A stretch of DNA of 64,000 nucleotides from Devosia sp. (GCA_041916695.1 JAYRZA010000013.1:34990-98989); one strand, 5' to 3'. Positions 49,863 to 59,968 are shown, counted from the stretch's first letter. A program made the numbers and translations. The notes: generated from the sequence alone by a model not told the origin.

Positions 49863-51149
49863 CTACTCCCACCGGACCTTGGCACCCAGGGTCGTCAGCT
49901 TCTCGACGAAATGCGGGTAGGCCCGGCGGATCGGATCGGCATTCTTGATACGCGATTCGCCCGGAATCTGGATCGCGGCCAGCAGCAACGCGACGACGAC
50001 CCGGATGATATAGGGCGCCTCGACCTGCGCGGGACGCAGCGGATTACCACCGAAGACCACCAGCCGGTGTGGATCAGAAAGGTGCACGCGGGCACCAAAC
50101 TTCAGCAGTTCGGCGCTCCAGCCCAGCGCACCCTCGTAGACCTTGTTCCAGAACAGAATGTCGCCGACGCACCCGACCGATACGCCGATCGCGTGCGGCA
50201 GCAGGTCGGCGGGAAAATAGGGCCACGGCGCCGCCTCGATCTTGGGCAGCATCTCGGCGGTGTAGGGCTCGGTGATCCGACGGGTCCAGCCGGTTGCTGT
50301 CACCCTGCCCTCACCGACCTCGAACTGCATGCCCAGTTTGCCGAACTGGCGCAGGATCAGGGTCATGTGCGGCCCCATGTCGGTTTCGACCGTCAGGCGT
50401 CCGCCGGTGACGGCGCCGATGGCGAGGAAGGTGGCAACTTCGTGGTGATCATCGGGAACACGCGCCACCGTGCCATTGAGCCTGCCGACACCGCGCACCG
50501 TGAGCTTGGAGGTACCGATGCCGTCGAGATCGGCTCCCATGCCGGCGAGCATGTCGCAAAGGGCCTGCACGTGAGGCTCGGAGGCCGCGTTGTTCAGGTG
50601 GGAGGTGCCATTCGCCACAGCCGCGATCATCACGAAGGTCTCTGTAGCAGTGACGGAGGCATAGTCGGGCCAGAGGTCGGCGCCGCGAATCTCGTTGCGG
50701 CGTTCGATGCGGTAAGGGTGCGTTGCTGCAATGGTCCCGCCGAAACTTTCGAGGATCTCGAGATGCGGGTCGATCTCTCGGACGCCCAGGGCACAGCCCT
50801 TGGCCTCGGTGTCGAAGATCAGGTGCTCGGAGCGCATCAGCACCGGGGCGAGCAGCAGCACGGCGGCCCGGATGCCGACCGGGAGCTCCGCTTCGCTGGT
50901 CGCAAAGGCGCGGAAGTCGTGCTGGATGATGAGGGTCTGGGCGGCAAGGTTGCGCTCCACCCGCGAGCCCTTGGAGCGGAAGTACTCGACCAGCTTGTCG
51001 ATGTCGCTGATCTCGGGAACGTTGGTGAGGGTCACCTCGTCCTCGGTCAGCAGCGTCGCGCAGAGCATCGGCAGCACGGCATTCTTGTTGCCGGACGGGC
51101 GGATGGTTCCGGACACAGGATGGGCGCCATCGACGATCAGATCAGACAT
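49863..51149 (-). CDS. Divergent MurA-family enolpyruvyl transferase (UDP-GlcNAc 1-carboxyvinyltransferase paralogue)
   Basis: MSDLIVDGAHPVSGTIRPSGNKNAVLPMLCATLLT (compare MurA ISGAKNAALP) and the active-site-like loop KGCALGVREIDPH (compare GGCAIGARPVDLH). Start at ATG 51149. Confidence 0.8.
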   Translation of the reverse strand: MSDLIVDGAHPVSGTIRPSGNKNAVLPMLCATLLTEDEVTLTNVPEISDIDKLVEYFRSKGSRVERNLAAQTLIIQHDFRAFATSEAELPVGIRAAVLLLAPVLMRSEHLIFDTEAKGCALGVREIDPHLEILESFGGTIAATHPYRIERRNEIRGADLWPDYASVTATETFVMIAAVANGTSHLNNAASEPHVQALCDMLAGMGADLDGIGTSKLTVRGVGRLNGTVARVPDDHHEVATFLAIGAVTGGRLTVETDMGPHMTLILRQFGKLGMQFEVGEGRVTATGWTRRITEPYTAEMLPKIEAAPWPYFPADLLPHAIGVSVGCVGDILFWNKVYEGALGWSAELLKFGARVHLSDPHRLVVFGGNPLRPAQVEAPYIIRVVVALLLAAIQIPGESRIKNADPIRRAYPHFVEKLTTLGAKVRWE

Positions 51150-51186
51150 CGGATTCTCTTGGGTCGGTCTTGCGGCGAGCAATAGC

Positions 51187-52221
51187 CTATTTGGCCATCA
51201 GGGAGAACAGGGCCGGCGTCACGAAGACGTCGACGTAGCGGCGGGACTGGAACAGGCCATTGAGGGAAATTCGCGGCAGCGCATGCAGGCTGTGCCGATG
51301 ATGTGCATAGAGTCCGCCTGGACGCGTGGTCACGGCGGACCGCACCCCCAGATCGCGTGCCAGAGCGAACTCGCGCGGGCCTGCCGACGACGGGCCTCCC
51401 AGCGGATAGCTGAGATGCTCCGGCTGCTTGCCGAACTGCGCCTTGATGATACGAAGCGACTGCTCGATCTCGTTGCGGGCCTCGCCCGACTCGAGCTTCG
51501 CGAGTTCGTAGTGATGTACGGTGTGCGCCCCGATGGTACAGAGCTGCTCCGCCGCAAAGGTCCGCAGCTCGGACCAGTCCATGATCAGCTCGCGGCACTG
51601 GCGTGCAAGATCGAAACCGTACTGGCTGGCGAGGTCGCGAATTAGCGCGACGCGGTCGTGCTCCGGCATGATCCGCATGCGCCGGTAGAGAGCAGAATAG
51701 GCCGCTTGTTTTTCGGCGAGCGAGGCGCTGGGCAGGTACTCGGTATCACCGCCCCAGGTCACCGCTAGCGCGTTCTGGCCGGCGACGATGTCCTCGAGCG
51801 CCTGCCACCAGACCTCCCCGATGCCGTCCACCAATGCCGTCGGCACGTAGAGCGTGAAGGGACATTGCTGGCGGCGCAGCACGGGCAGCGCGTGGCGCAG
51901 ATTGTCGCGATAGGCATCGTCGAAGGTGAACACCGCAAAGGGCCTTGCGGGTTCGTCGGTCTCGATGCGCCGGATTGCCTCGTCCATATCGACGATGTCG
52001 AGCCCGAGCTTCCGGACGCGGGCAACGGTGAATTCGAGGAAGTCCGGCTTTACCTGCAGGATGGCGTTGGGTGAGAAGTCGGCCGGGTCGTCCGGCAGGA
52101 CGCGATGCAGTGTGAAGACTACGCCTCGCGCCCTCGAGAACCGCCGCACCAGAAAGGGAAGCTGCGAGGCCCAGAGAAGCTCGAATGCGGCACCGATCGC
52201 CCTGTAGCGCAGCCCCGGCAC
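51187..52221 (-). CDS. Polysaccharide deacetylase (NodB-homology) family protein
   Basis: FTFDDAYRDN motif and a later histidine-containing block (GAHTVHH). The GTG start directly abuts the upstream stop (TAGGTG). Confidence 0.8.
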   Translation of the reverse strand: MPGLRYRAIGAAFELLWASQLPFLVRRFSRARGVVFTLHRVLPDDPADFSPNAILQVKPDFLEFTVARVRKLGLDIVDMDEAIRRIETDEPARPFAVFTFDDAYRDNLRHALPVLRRQQCPFTLYVPTALVDGIGEVWWQALEDIVAGQNALAVTWGGDTEYLPSASLAEKQAAYSALYRRMRIMPEHDRVALIRDLASQYGFDLARQCRELIMDWSELRTFAAEQLCTIGAHTVHHYELAKLESGEARNEIEQSLRIIKAQFGKQPEHLSYPLGGPSSAGPREFALARDLGVRSAVTTRPGGLYAHHRHSLHALPRISLNGLFQSRRYVDVFVTPALFSLMAK

Positions 52222-54303
52222 CTAGGCAACGTCCGCCCGTACGACCGGCACGCGTACGACGCGACCGATCTCGAAACCCAGCGCGGTGATGTCGCGCCGA
52301 GCCGACGCCACTGCGGCCTGGGAGGCTACCGCGTCGGCAACGAGGATCACCGATGCACGAAGATCGGCGAAGAGTGGGAGACCTGAAGAGAGGCCGACCC
52401 GACCGGTGTCGACGAGCACCACGTGATAGAGATCGGCAAGCGCCTCAACCAGAGTCAGTGGGCGTTCGGAACGGCGATCGAGTGTGGCGAGACGCCCCCA
52501 GGCCACCTCGGCGAGGTTGTCCGCAAGGCGCTGCACGACGTCGCCGTAGTCGACGCGCTCGGCCGCGAGGTCGGAGAGCCCGGCATGCCTGGAGAGTTCG
52601 GCGCTGCCCGCATCCACCGCCACGGCGCTCAGATCGGCCTCGAGAACGTCACCAAGCAGCCGGTCGATCACACTCGCAACAAGCTCGTGATCGTCGAGAC
52701 AGGCGATCAGCAACACCCGCATCTGCCGCGAGGTGACAGACGCGGACAGCATCGACAGTTCGTCGCGCGGTTTGTTGGCGGCAGGCGATGTCGACGACGC
52801 GCCGGGCTGGCCGGAATCGACGCCGGCGGGGAGTGGCTCCTGTTCAAGGACATCGGCGGCTTGGTCGTCCAGGCCATTATGGTCATTGGCCGCCTCCTGG
52901 CCCGGCTCGATCGACCGCAGCGCCCGGCCAGAGGCCAGCTCGCCGAAGACCACAGCACCGGCCTGAAGGAGCACCGACAGCAAGCCGACGGCGGCAAGCG
53001 TGAGGGGTATCTTCGGGAAGGCCGGCTCGATGGCAGGAGCTGCTTCGCTGATGATCCGAACATCTGGCAGCGCCGCGTTCGCGGCGGAACGCGACACGGC
53101 GTCGGAGTACTTGGCGAGATAGTTCTCGAGCAGGTCGCGTTGCGCCTTGGCCTCGCGCTCGAGGCTGTCGAGCGCGACGCCATCGCGAGTCGCCGTGCCG
53201 GCGGTGTGCTTGGCCGCGGTGAGATCCTCGCGGAGCCTCGCCTCAAGGTCTGCCTCTACCTTTGCCTCGGCATCGAGGGAGTCGGCGACGCGCCGCCCCT
53301 CACGGACGACCTGCGCCTCGATCTCGGCGATCTGGGCCTTGAGTGCCTTGATGGTGGGGTGATTGGCGAGCAGCGTCGTGGACTTCTGCGCCAGGTCGGC
53401 CTGCAGGTTCGCCTTGGTCTGGAGCAGCCCCTGAATGACGATGGACCCCCTGACGTCGCCGAGTCCCTCCAGGGACCTGCCGGATCCGATGACACCGCGG
53501 ATGAGGTCGGCACGGGATTGGGCGTCGTTCTTGCGCTGCTGAGCCTCCGCGATCTGGGTGGCGACAGTCGACAGCTGCTGGTCGGCAACCGGCGTCGCGC
53601 TGACGCCGATGAAAAGATCCTTGTCCACCTTGTAGTTGGCGACGGCTGACTCGGCAGCAGTCACCCTGGCGCGCAGCTTGTCGATCTCCTGCTGCAGCCA
53701 GACCGTGGCCTCAACCGTGTCGGCCAGGGACTGCGCGGCACGGCGCTTGACGTGCGCAACTGCGAGGGCGTTGGCGATGCGTGCGGCGAGGTCGGCATTG
53801 GTCGAGCGCACATAGATCGAGACGACGGCCGAGTCGCGCTCGCGGATTACGGTCATGCGGTCGGCCAGATTGGCAAGCACGGTCTCATCGACGTTGCGCG
53901 GCTCGGGCTTGCGTCCGACGAGTTGCAGCAGGAATCCGCCAGGCGAGAATCCTACGCCGGAGAACTCGGGAACGGATCGCAGGTTCTCCGCATCCACCAC
54001 CTCGAGCAACAGGTCGCGGGACTTGATCAACTGGATCTGGCTCGACATCAGCGCCTCGGTATCAACCGAGACGGAGCTCGCCGGCTGCTCCATGGCGGCG
54101 CGGGTGTAGATATTCTCGCGCTGCTCGACGAGCAGGCTGGAGGACGATTCGTAGGTCCGGGGCAGGATCAGCAGCACCGCAGCCGTCGCAATGAGCAGCA
54201 CCAGCGTGACCAGCCCGATCCGCAGAGCGCGCTGCGTCAGGGCGCCGAACACGGTACCCATGTCCATCCGCAGGTCCTCGGCACTCGCACCTTCGGTACT
54301 CAT
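52222..54303 (-). CDS. Polysaccharide co-polymerase / chain-length determinant (ExoP/GumC/Wzz-like) with a degenerate C-terminal kinase-like domain
   Basis: N-terminal TM + Wzz motif (YESSSSLLVEQ...QIQLIKSRDLL), a long coiled-coil periplasmic region, a second TM, and a C-terminal ~170 aa lacking G-K-[ST]. Confidence 0.8.
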   Translation of the reverse strand: MSTEGASAEDLRMDMGTVFGALTQRALRIGLVTLVLLIATAAVLLILPRTYESSSSLLVEQRENIYTRAAMEQPASSVSVDTEALMSSQIQLIKSRDLLLEVVDAENLRSVPEFSGVGFSPGGFLLQLVGRKPEPRNVDETVLANLADRMTVIRERDSAVVSIYVRSTNADLAARIANALAVAHVKRRAAQSLADTVEATVWLQQEIDKLRARVTAAESAVANYKVDKDLFIGVSATPVADQQLSTVATQIAEAQQRKNDAQSRADLIRGVIGSGRSLEGLGDVRGSIVIQGLLQTKANLQADLAQKSTTLLANHPTIKALKAQIAEIEAQVVREGRRVADSLDAEAKVEADLEARLREDLTAAKHTAGTATRDGVALDSLEREAKAQRDLLENYLAKYSDAVSRSAANAALPDVRIISEAAPAIEPAFPKIPLTLAAVGLLSVLLQAGAVVFGELASGRALRSIEPGQEAANDHNGLDDQAADVLEQEPLPAGVDSGQPGASSTSPAANKPRDELSMLSASVTSRQMRVLLIACLDDHELVASVIDRLLGDVLEADLSAVAVDAGSAELSRHAGLSDLAAERVDYGDVVQRLADNLAEVAWGRLATLDRRSERPLTLVEALADLYHVVLVDTGRVGLSSGLPLFADLRASVILVADAVASQAAVASARRDITALGFEIGRVVRVPVVRADVA

Positions 54304-54461
54304 CGGCTTACCTTTGCTACTCTCCCGCTAGCTATGCCGCGAACGTGGTAAGCATTCGGTTAAGCGCGCCTCCAGACTGCGACGTGCAACGCCGGCCCTA
54401 AGCAGAATGTTAACCATGGGCCGGCGAAACTGCTTTGCTGATCAGAGTCCCCGGAATTGCC

Positions 54462-55016
54462 ATGCGCTGGCTGCGTCTCCTGCTGTTTCTTCTCGTGCTG
54501 CCGCTCGCGGCATGCGCCATCAACGGCAAACCATCGACCTATCTCGTCGCGGTGAAGGGACCCTATGCCCTCGACACCGGCGACGTCGTGCGGGTCAGTG
54601 TCTATGGCGAGGCCGAGCTTTCGCGCAGCTACCGGGTCGACGATGGCGGTGCCTTGGCACTTCCGCTCATCGGATCGGTACCGGTGCGCGGCAAGACAAC
54701 CCAGATGGCGGCCGCAGAGATCACGGCAGCCCTTGCGGCCGGATTCATCCGCGAGCCCAGTGTCGCGGTCGAGATCGAGACGTACCGTCCCTTCTACATC
54801 CAAGGCGCGGTCAAGACTGGCGGGCAGTTCCCCTATGTCTACGGCATGACGGTGCGGGCGGCGATCAGCACCGCTGGCGGCTTCTCAGATACGGCGGATC
54901 GCACCAAGGCGATCGTCTATCGCCGGCAGGGCAAGGAGATGGTCAAGGGTATCGTTGGTCTCGATTTCCCGATCTATCCCGGTGACACCCTGGTGGTTTC
55001 CGAGCGCTGGCTGTAA
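54462..55016 (+). CDS. Polysaccharide export outer-membrane lipoprotein (Wza/ExoF-like: Poly_export + SLBB)
   Basis: Lipobox LPLAAC, then GDVVRVSVYGE...YRVDDGGALALPLIGSVPVRGKT...AAEI...VEIETYRPFYIQGAV, typical of the family. Confidence 0.8.
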   Translation: MRWLRLLLFLLVLPLAACAINGKPSTYLVAVKGPYALDTGDVVRVSVYGEAELSRSYRVDDGGALALPLIGSVPVRGKTTQMAAAEITAALAAGFIREPSVAVEIETYRPFYIQGAVKTGGQFPYVYGMTVRAAISTAGGFSDTADRTKAIVYRRQGKEMVKGIVGLDFPIYPGDTLVVSERWL

Positions 55017-56168
55017 ATGGCCGACGTGCCGCTCCGCATCCTGCTGGTCCTGCGCGCCCCGGTGGGCGGGCTGTTCCGGCACGTGTTCGACCTCACGCAC
55101 GAGCTGGCAGCGCGCGGGCATCAGATCGGCATCGTGGTCGACAAGCTGCACACCGACGCCTTGTCGGCCCAGCGCCTCGGCCTGCTCTCCCCGCTGGCTT
55201 CGCTCGGCATCCACGCCTTTGCCATCCCGCGTACGGTGGGTATGGGCGACCTGACGACACCCCTCGCCATCCGCCGGCTCGCCGACAGGCTGCGCATCGA
55301 CGTCCTGCACGGCCACGGTGCCAAGGGAGGGCTCTATGCGCGCCTCGCGCGGATTGGCGCCAGGCGCCGGGTTGCTCTCTACACGCCACATGGCGGCGTG
55401 CTCAACTACAAGCCGGGGTCCCTTGTTGGCTCGCTGTTCCGCTGGTTCGAACGGCAGCTGATGGGGGCAACCGATGCAATCATCTTCGAGAGCGCTTTCG
55501 CGCATCGCGCCTACTCGGAACAGATCGGCGCCCCGACCTGCCCCGCCCCGGTAATCCACAACGGACTGAGGCCGGACGAGTTCGTGCCGATACTGCCGCG
55601 CCCCCAGGCCGCCGACTTCGTGTTCATCGGCGAGTTCCGCGACGTCAAGGGCATCACCTACCTGCTCGACGCGCTCGTTGACCTGCGAGCGCCCGACGGA
55701 CGGCCGGCAACGCTCGTCATGGCAGGCGGCGGACCGGACTTCGAGGCCACGAAACAGCGGATAGCTCAACTCGGGCTCGACGAACGGGTTCGGCTGCTGG
55801 GCGTCCAGCCGGCGCGACCGACGCTGGAATTGGGCCGGTGCGAGGTGGTCCCATCGCTAGCCGAGTCCCTCCCCTACGTGATCCTCGAGGCCGCCGCGGC
55901 CGGGCGGCCGGTGATCGCCACCGATGTCGGAGGCGTGAGCGAGATCTTCGGCCCGACCGCGAAGAGCCTGGTTCCAGCGGCGGACAGCACAGCGCTGGGT
56001 CGCGCGATGCAGGCCTACCTCGACCGGCCGGATGTGGCCGATCGCGAGGCGCAACTGCGACTGAGCCATATCCGCGCCGGCTTCTCGGTGGCGCGCATGA
56101 CCGACAGAATCGAGACGCAATACCGCCAGGCGCTTGCAGCGAGAACTGGGGGGCCGGACTTCACCTAA
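55017..56168 (+). CDS. Glycosyltransferase, GT4 family
   Basis: RILLVLRAPVGGLFRHV N-terminus and a C-terminal VVPSLAESLPYVILEAAAAGRPVIATDVGG. The ATG immediately follows the wza-like stop. Confidence 0.8.
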   Translation: MADVPLRILLVLRAPVGGLFRHVFDLTHELAARGHQIGIVVDKLHTDALSAQRLGLLSPLASLGIHAFAIPRTVGMGDLTTPLAIRRLADRLRIDVLHGHGAKGGLYARLARIGARRRVALYTPHGGVLNYKPGSLVGSLFRWFERQLMGATDAIIFESAFAHRAYSEQIGAPTCPAPVIHNGLRPDEFVPILPRPQAADFVFIGEFRDVKGITYLLDALVDLRAPDGRPATLVMAGGGPDFEATKQRIAQLGLDERVRLLGVQPARPTLELGRCEVVPSLAESLPYVILEAAAAGRPVIATDVGGVSEIFGPTAKSLVPAADSTALGRAMQAYLDRPDVADREAQLRLSHIRAGFSVARMTDRIETQYRQALAARTGGPDFT

Positions 56169-56189
56169 CCTAAACCCTGGCTGCCTAGA

Positions 56190-57740
56190 ATGCTGCAAAG
56201 CCACCAAGAAGCGCAGGGTAGCGTCATGATCCGTCTCGATCCAAAGCAGGCCGTGCTCGAGCACGTGCAGACCGGGGCCGCGAAGCGAAGCACATCAGAG
56301 TTGTCGCCACTGGCGGCCCAGATCGCCGCGCGTCCGGTGGATCGGACCTATTCTCCGGCCGTCGTTGCGAGTGTCGCCCAAGGAACCGAGGCGGCACTGC
56401 TGACCCTCGTCGGTCTTGCGCTTTACGGCCTCAACGATGGAGATACCCTGCTCAGTGTCTCGACCACGCTGGGCGTGGTCGTCGCGGCGAACGTGTTCAT
56501 GATGTACGCCCGAATCCACCGGGTGGCCGCCTACCGCAAGCTCGCCGATCAGACGTGGAAGGCGCTGGCCAGCTGGACCGCCGCCTTTGCCCTGCTCTGG
56601 GTGATGGTCGTGATGTTCGACAAAGAGCAGATGCTGTCACGGTCGTGGATCGGCAGCTGGTGGGGAACTGGCGCGCTGTTGCTCGCCGCATATCGGTTCG
56701 TTCTGCACCTGCTGGTGCACCGGTGGACCGGCCAGGGCAGACTGCGGCGGCGAACAGTGATCGTCGGCGGCGGTAAGGATGCCGAGTCGCTGATCGAGGC
56801 GATCGTGGCGCGCGGTGGCGAGGACATCGAGCTGCTCGGCCTGTTCGACGACCGTAACGACGACCGCTCACCGGAATCGGTGGCGAGCCTCGCCAAGTTG
56901 GGACGGGTCGCGGATATCATCGAGTTCGCACGCCTCACGCGGGTGGACCTCGTGCTGGTCTCGATGCCGCTCTCGGCCGAAAAGCGGGTGCTCGACATGT
57001 TGAGGCAGCTATGGGTGCTGCCCGTAGACATCCGCCTGTCGGCCCACATGAGCAAGCTGCGCTTCACCGAGAAGGCCTACTCCTACGTGGGGGACGTGCC
57101 GGTATTCGACATGGCCGACCGGCCGATTTCGGATTGGAGCCGCGTGTTCAAGTGGCTGTTCGACAAGGTCGTCGCGATCCTGGCCCTAACCCTGCTCGCC
57201 CCGATAATGCTCGCGACCGCGATTGCCATCAAGCTCGACAGCCCCGGCCCGGTGTTCTTCCGGCAGAAGCGCCACGGCTTCAACAACCAGCTGATCGAGA
57301 TGTGGAAGTTCCGCTCGATGTATGTCGACAGGGCGGACGGCGGGGCGGCGCGGCTGGTGACCAGGAACGACGACCGGGTGACGCGTGTCGGGCGCTTCAT
57401 CCGCAAGACCTCGATCGACGAGTTGCCGCAGTTGTTCAATGTGCTCACCGGAGAACTGTCGATCGTCGGGCCGCGCCCACACGCGCTGCAGGCCAAGGCC
57501 GACAACAAGCTCTACTATGAGGCCGTCGAAGGCTACTTCGCCCGACACAGGGTCAAGCCCGGGATGACTGGGTGGGCCCAGATCAACGGCTGGCGGGGGG
57601 AGACGGACACGGTCGACAAGATCATGCAGCGAGTCAACCACGACCTCTACTACATTGAGAACTGGTCGCTCTGGCTGGACATGAAGATCGTGGCCCTGAC
57701 CCCGTTCTCGCTGTTCGCGCACCGCCAGAACGCCTTCTAG
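56190..57740 (+). CDS. Undecaprenyl-phosphate hexose-1-phosphate transferase (WcaJ/ExoY-type priming glycosyltransferase)
   Basis: Four or five N-terminal TM segments, a central NAD-like linker, and a C-terminal sugar-transferase domain (KRHGFNNQLIEMWKFRSM...DELPQLFNVLTGELSIVGPRP). The start is uncertain (56190 or 56223). Confidence 0.85.
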   Translation: MLQSHQEAQGSVMIRLDPKQAVLEHVQTGAAKRSTSELSPLAAQIAARPVDRTYSPAVVASVAQGTEAALLTLVGLALYGLNDGDTLLSVSTTLGVVVAANVFMMYARIHRVAAYRKLADQTWKALASWTAAFALLWVMVVMFDKEQMLSRSWIGSWWGTGALLLAAYRFVLHLLVHRWTGQGRLRRRTVIVGGGKDAESLIEAIVARGGEDIELLGLFDDRNDDRSPESVASLAKLGRVADIIEFARLTRVDLVLVSMPLSAEKRVLDMLRQLWVLPVDIRLSAHMSKLRFTEKAYSYVGDVPVFDMADRPISDWSRVFKWLFDKVVAILALTLLAPIMLATAIAIKLDSPGPVFFRQKRHGFNNQLIEMWKFRSMYVDRADGGAARLVTRNDDRVTRVGRFIRKTSIDELPQLFNVLTGELSIVGPRPHALQAKADNKLYYEAVEGYFARHRVKPGMTGWAQINGWRGETDTVDKIMQRVNHDLYYIENWSLWLDMKIVALTPFSLFAHRQNAF

Positions 57741-57741
57741 C

Positions 57742-58974
57742 ATGGCTACTCGGGCCATTGGCCCCGCGGCGGCCGCCACCTGGCTGCAGGCCCGCGCCGC
57801 ACGGCTCCTCGACGCGCTGGTAGCCGTGTGGGTCTTCTGTGGCGCCCTGGTGATCGCCGAGCCGTCGCCGTACGAGCTTGCCTTTCTCCTCGTGATGGCC
57901 GTGTCGGTTCTGGCAGGGTTCGCACTGCGTCGAGGGACGCTCCCTCTGCTGACGCTGTTCGCGCTGTTCGTGCCGTTTGCCGTAGTCGCAGCATTTCAGG
58001 TGCGGTACAGCTCCGTGAGTGACGCCCTGATCTATCAGGCGGTGACGATCTTCCTGTTCTTCACGGCGTACTGGACCGCCAACTACGTTGCCGATGCGCC
58101 CGGTGAACGGATCAGGCTGATCATGGGCTCCTACCTGCTCGCGGCCCTGCTCTCTGCGATTCTGGGGGTGATTGGCTACTTCGGCGTCGGACACGCGTTG
58201 CTGACGCGTTACGACCGGGCCAAGGCGCTGTTCAACGATCCCAATGTGTTTGGGCCGTTCCTGATCCTGCCAGCGGTTCACGTCTTGCGGCTGGTGCTGC
58301 TTGGCAGTGGGCGGCTCGGCGCTACGACCGGAGTCGCGGCGTACGGTCTGTTGGCACTCGGTGTGTTCTTCAGCTTCTCGCGCGGCGCTTGGGGACACCT
58401 GGCGCTGTCGAGCGCTCTCGTCTACGGCCTCGTCTACATGCTCGAAGCTCGCGGAAAGCAACGCGCTCGCATGCTGATGCTGGCGCTGGGCGGCGCTGTG
58501 GCGCTAGTGGTGGTGGCGGCGGGCGCACTGAGCGTGCCCTCGGTGCGGTCGTTCATCGAGTTGAGGACGCAGACCCAGACTTACGATACCGGCGACAGCG
58601 GCCGCTTCGGCCGGCAAGGCTACGCGTTTGACCTGGCACTCCAGCATCCTCTGGGACTGGGACCGCTGGAGTTCCGCAACCTCAGGGTGAAGGAGGAGCC
58701 GCACAACACCTACGTCAACGTGCTGCACGCCTACGGCTGGGGCGGCGGACTGATGTTGATCGCGTTCATCGCGACAACCGGGTGGCGCGGCCTGGGCGCC
58801 CTCTCCCGACCCGGGCCGACGCGCGCCATGATGATCCCGCTGTTCTCGACTTTCGTGCCGCTGGCTCTGGAGGCCGCAATCATCGACATCGACCACTGGC
58901 GGCACTTCTTCCTCGTGGGTGGACTGATCTGGGGAGTGGCGGCAGCGGGCCGGCGGGACTACCGCGCCAGATAG
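57742..58974 (+). CDS. O-antigen ligase/Wzy-like polymerase family membrane protein
   Basis: About 10 TM segments with a central FSFSRGAWGH loop typical of the Wzy_C/O-antigen ligase family. Confidence 0.7.
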   Translation: MATRAIGPAAAATWLQARAARLLDALVAVWVFCGALVIAEPSPYELAFLLVMAVSVLAGFALRRGTLPLLTLFALFVPFAVVAAFQVRYSSVSDALIYQAVTIFLFFTAYWTANYVADAPGERIRLIMGSYLLAALLSAILGVIGYFGVGHALLTRYDRAKALFNDPNVFGPFLILPAVHVLRLVLLGSGRLGATTGVAAYGLLALGVFFSFSRGAWGHLALSSALVYGLVYMLEARGKQRARMLMLALGGAVALVVVAAGALSVPSVRSFIELRTQTQTYDTGDSGRFGRQGYAFDLALQHPLGLGPLEFRNLRVKEEPHNTYVNVLHAYGWGGGLMLIAFIATTGWRGLGALSRPGPTRAMMIPLFSTFVPLALEAAIIDIDHWRHFFLVGGLIWGVAAAGRRDYRAR

Positions 58975-59960
58975 CGCCGCGCCATCGTGGCGGTGTCCGC
59001 TGCAAAGGCAGCGCGATGCGACCTGGCCAAATCGGTTTCGGCGTGCGAGCCGATCCAGGCGAGCAGAGCCATGCGGCGCAGCAGGATCATCGTGTCGATC
59101 ATCCTGAGGTCCTCCGGCTTCAATGGCCGGACCTCGAGGTAGCCAGCCAACCAGGCGCGGACGAGGGCTGGCACCTGGGGCGATGTCTCGATGAACGACA
59201 GGCTCGCCGCGAGATCGTAGAGGAACCAGCCGAAGCCACAATCGTCGAAATCCAGCAGGGTGATGGTGCCGTCGTCGTCGACCAGGAGGTTGGCAAGGCG
59301 CATGTCGGCATGGATCAGGCCGAAACGATCGATGTCGGTCCCGTAGGTGCGGAGGTCCGATCGTAACCGGACATCGAGCGTGGTGAGGGTTTCGAGCGCT
59401 TCGCCTTCCACATGCGGGGCCCTTCGCCAATCGCCCCAGAGACCCGTCGGATCGAGCAGGCCGACGGCGTCCCAGATAGGGCGAACGAAGCGCGGCGGCG
59501 GCTCCCAGGCGCCCACATGGCTGTGCAGTGTCGCCGCATAGCTGCCAAGGGTGTGGAACAGGGACGCCAGATCGCCGTCCGCCTTCGGCTCTTCACCCCG
59601 CTCGAAGGCGAAGAGTGCCGCAAAGCGATCGGGCCCGAGTTCCTGCACGATTTCCCCATCGGCACCGGGCAGAGGTCGCGGTACGGGAATCTCAGTCTGA
59701 TCCGTGATGGCCTCAAGCCAGGCCAGCTCACTGCCGATGGCGGTACGAGACAGATAGTGCTGACGATGCAGGCGAAGGACCGTCCTGCGTCCGCCGACGG
59801 GAGGATCGACCAGAAAAGTGTGGTTCTCGGAGTGGTTGACCAGCCGGGGAGCGCCACCGGCGGCCGCCGGCCAACGAGTCAGGCTGGCCTGGACAAGCGA
59901 TAGTGGGTCCTGGGTCGGATCGCTGGGGGCAGTATCCAATCCGACGGTCCTTCGAGGCAT
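58959..59960 (-). CDS. Aminoglycoside/choline-kinase-fold phosphotransferase (APH family; homoserine kinase type II-like)
   Basis: LIHADMRLANLLVDDDGTITLLDFDDCGFG (Brenner HxDxxxxN + DFD) and NHSENHTFLV. The first 19 codons of the track ORF overlap the tRNA and are spurious. The start is ATG 59960 or TTG 59939 (GAAGGA 9 nt upstream). Confidence 0.7.
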   Translation of the reverse strand: MPRRTVGLDTAPSDPTQDPLSLVQASLTRWPAAAGGAPRLVNHSENHTFLVDPPVGGRRTVLRLHRQHYLSRTAIGSELAWLEAITDQTEIPVPRPLPGADGEIVQELGPDRFAALFAFERGEEPKADGDLASLFHTLGSYAATLHSHVGAWEPPPRFVRPIWDAVGLLDPTGLWGDWRRAPHVEGEALETLTTLDVRLRSDLRTYGTDIDRFGLIHADMRLANLLVDDDGTITLLDFDDCGFGWFLYDLAASLSFIETSPQVPALVRAWLAGYLEVRPLKPEDLRMIDTMILLRRMALLAWIGSHAETDLARSHRAAFAADTATMARRYLAR

Positions 59961-59968
59961 TGGGAGAT

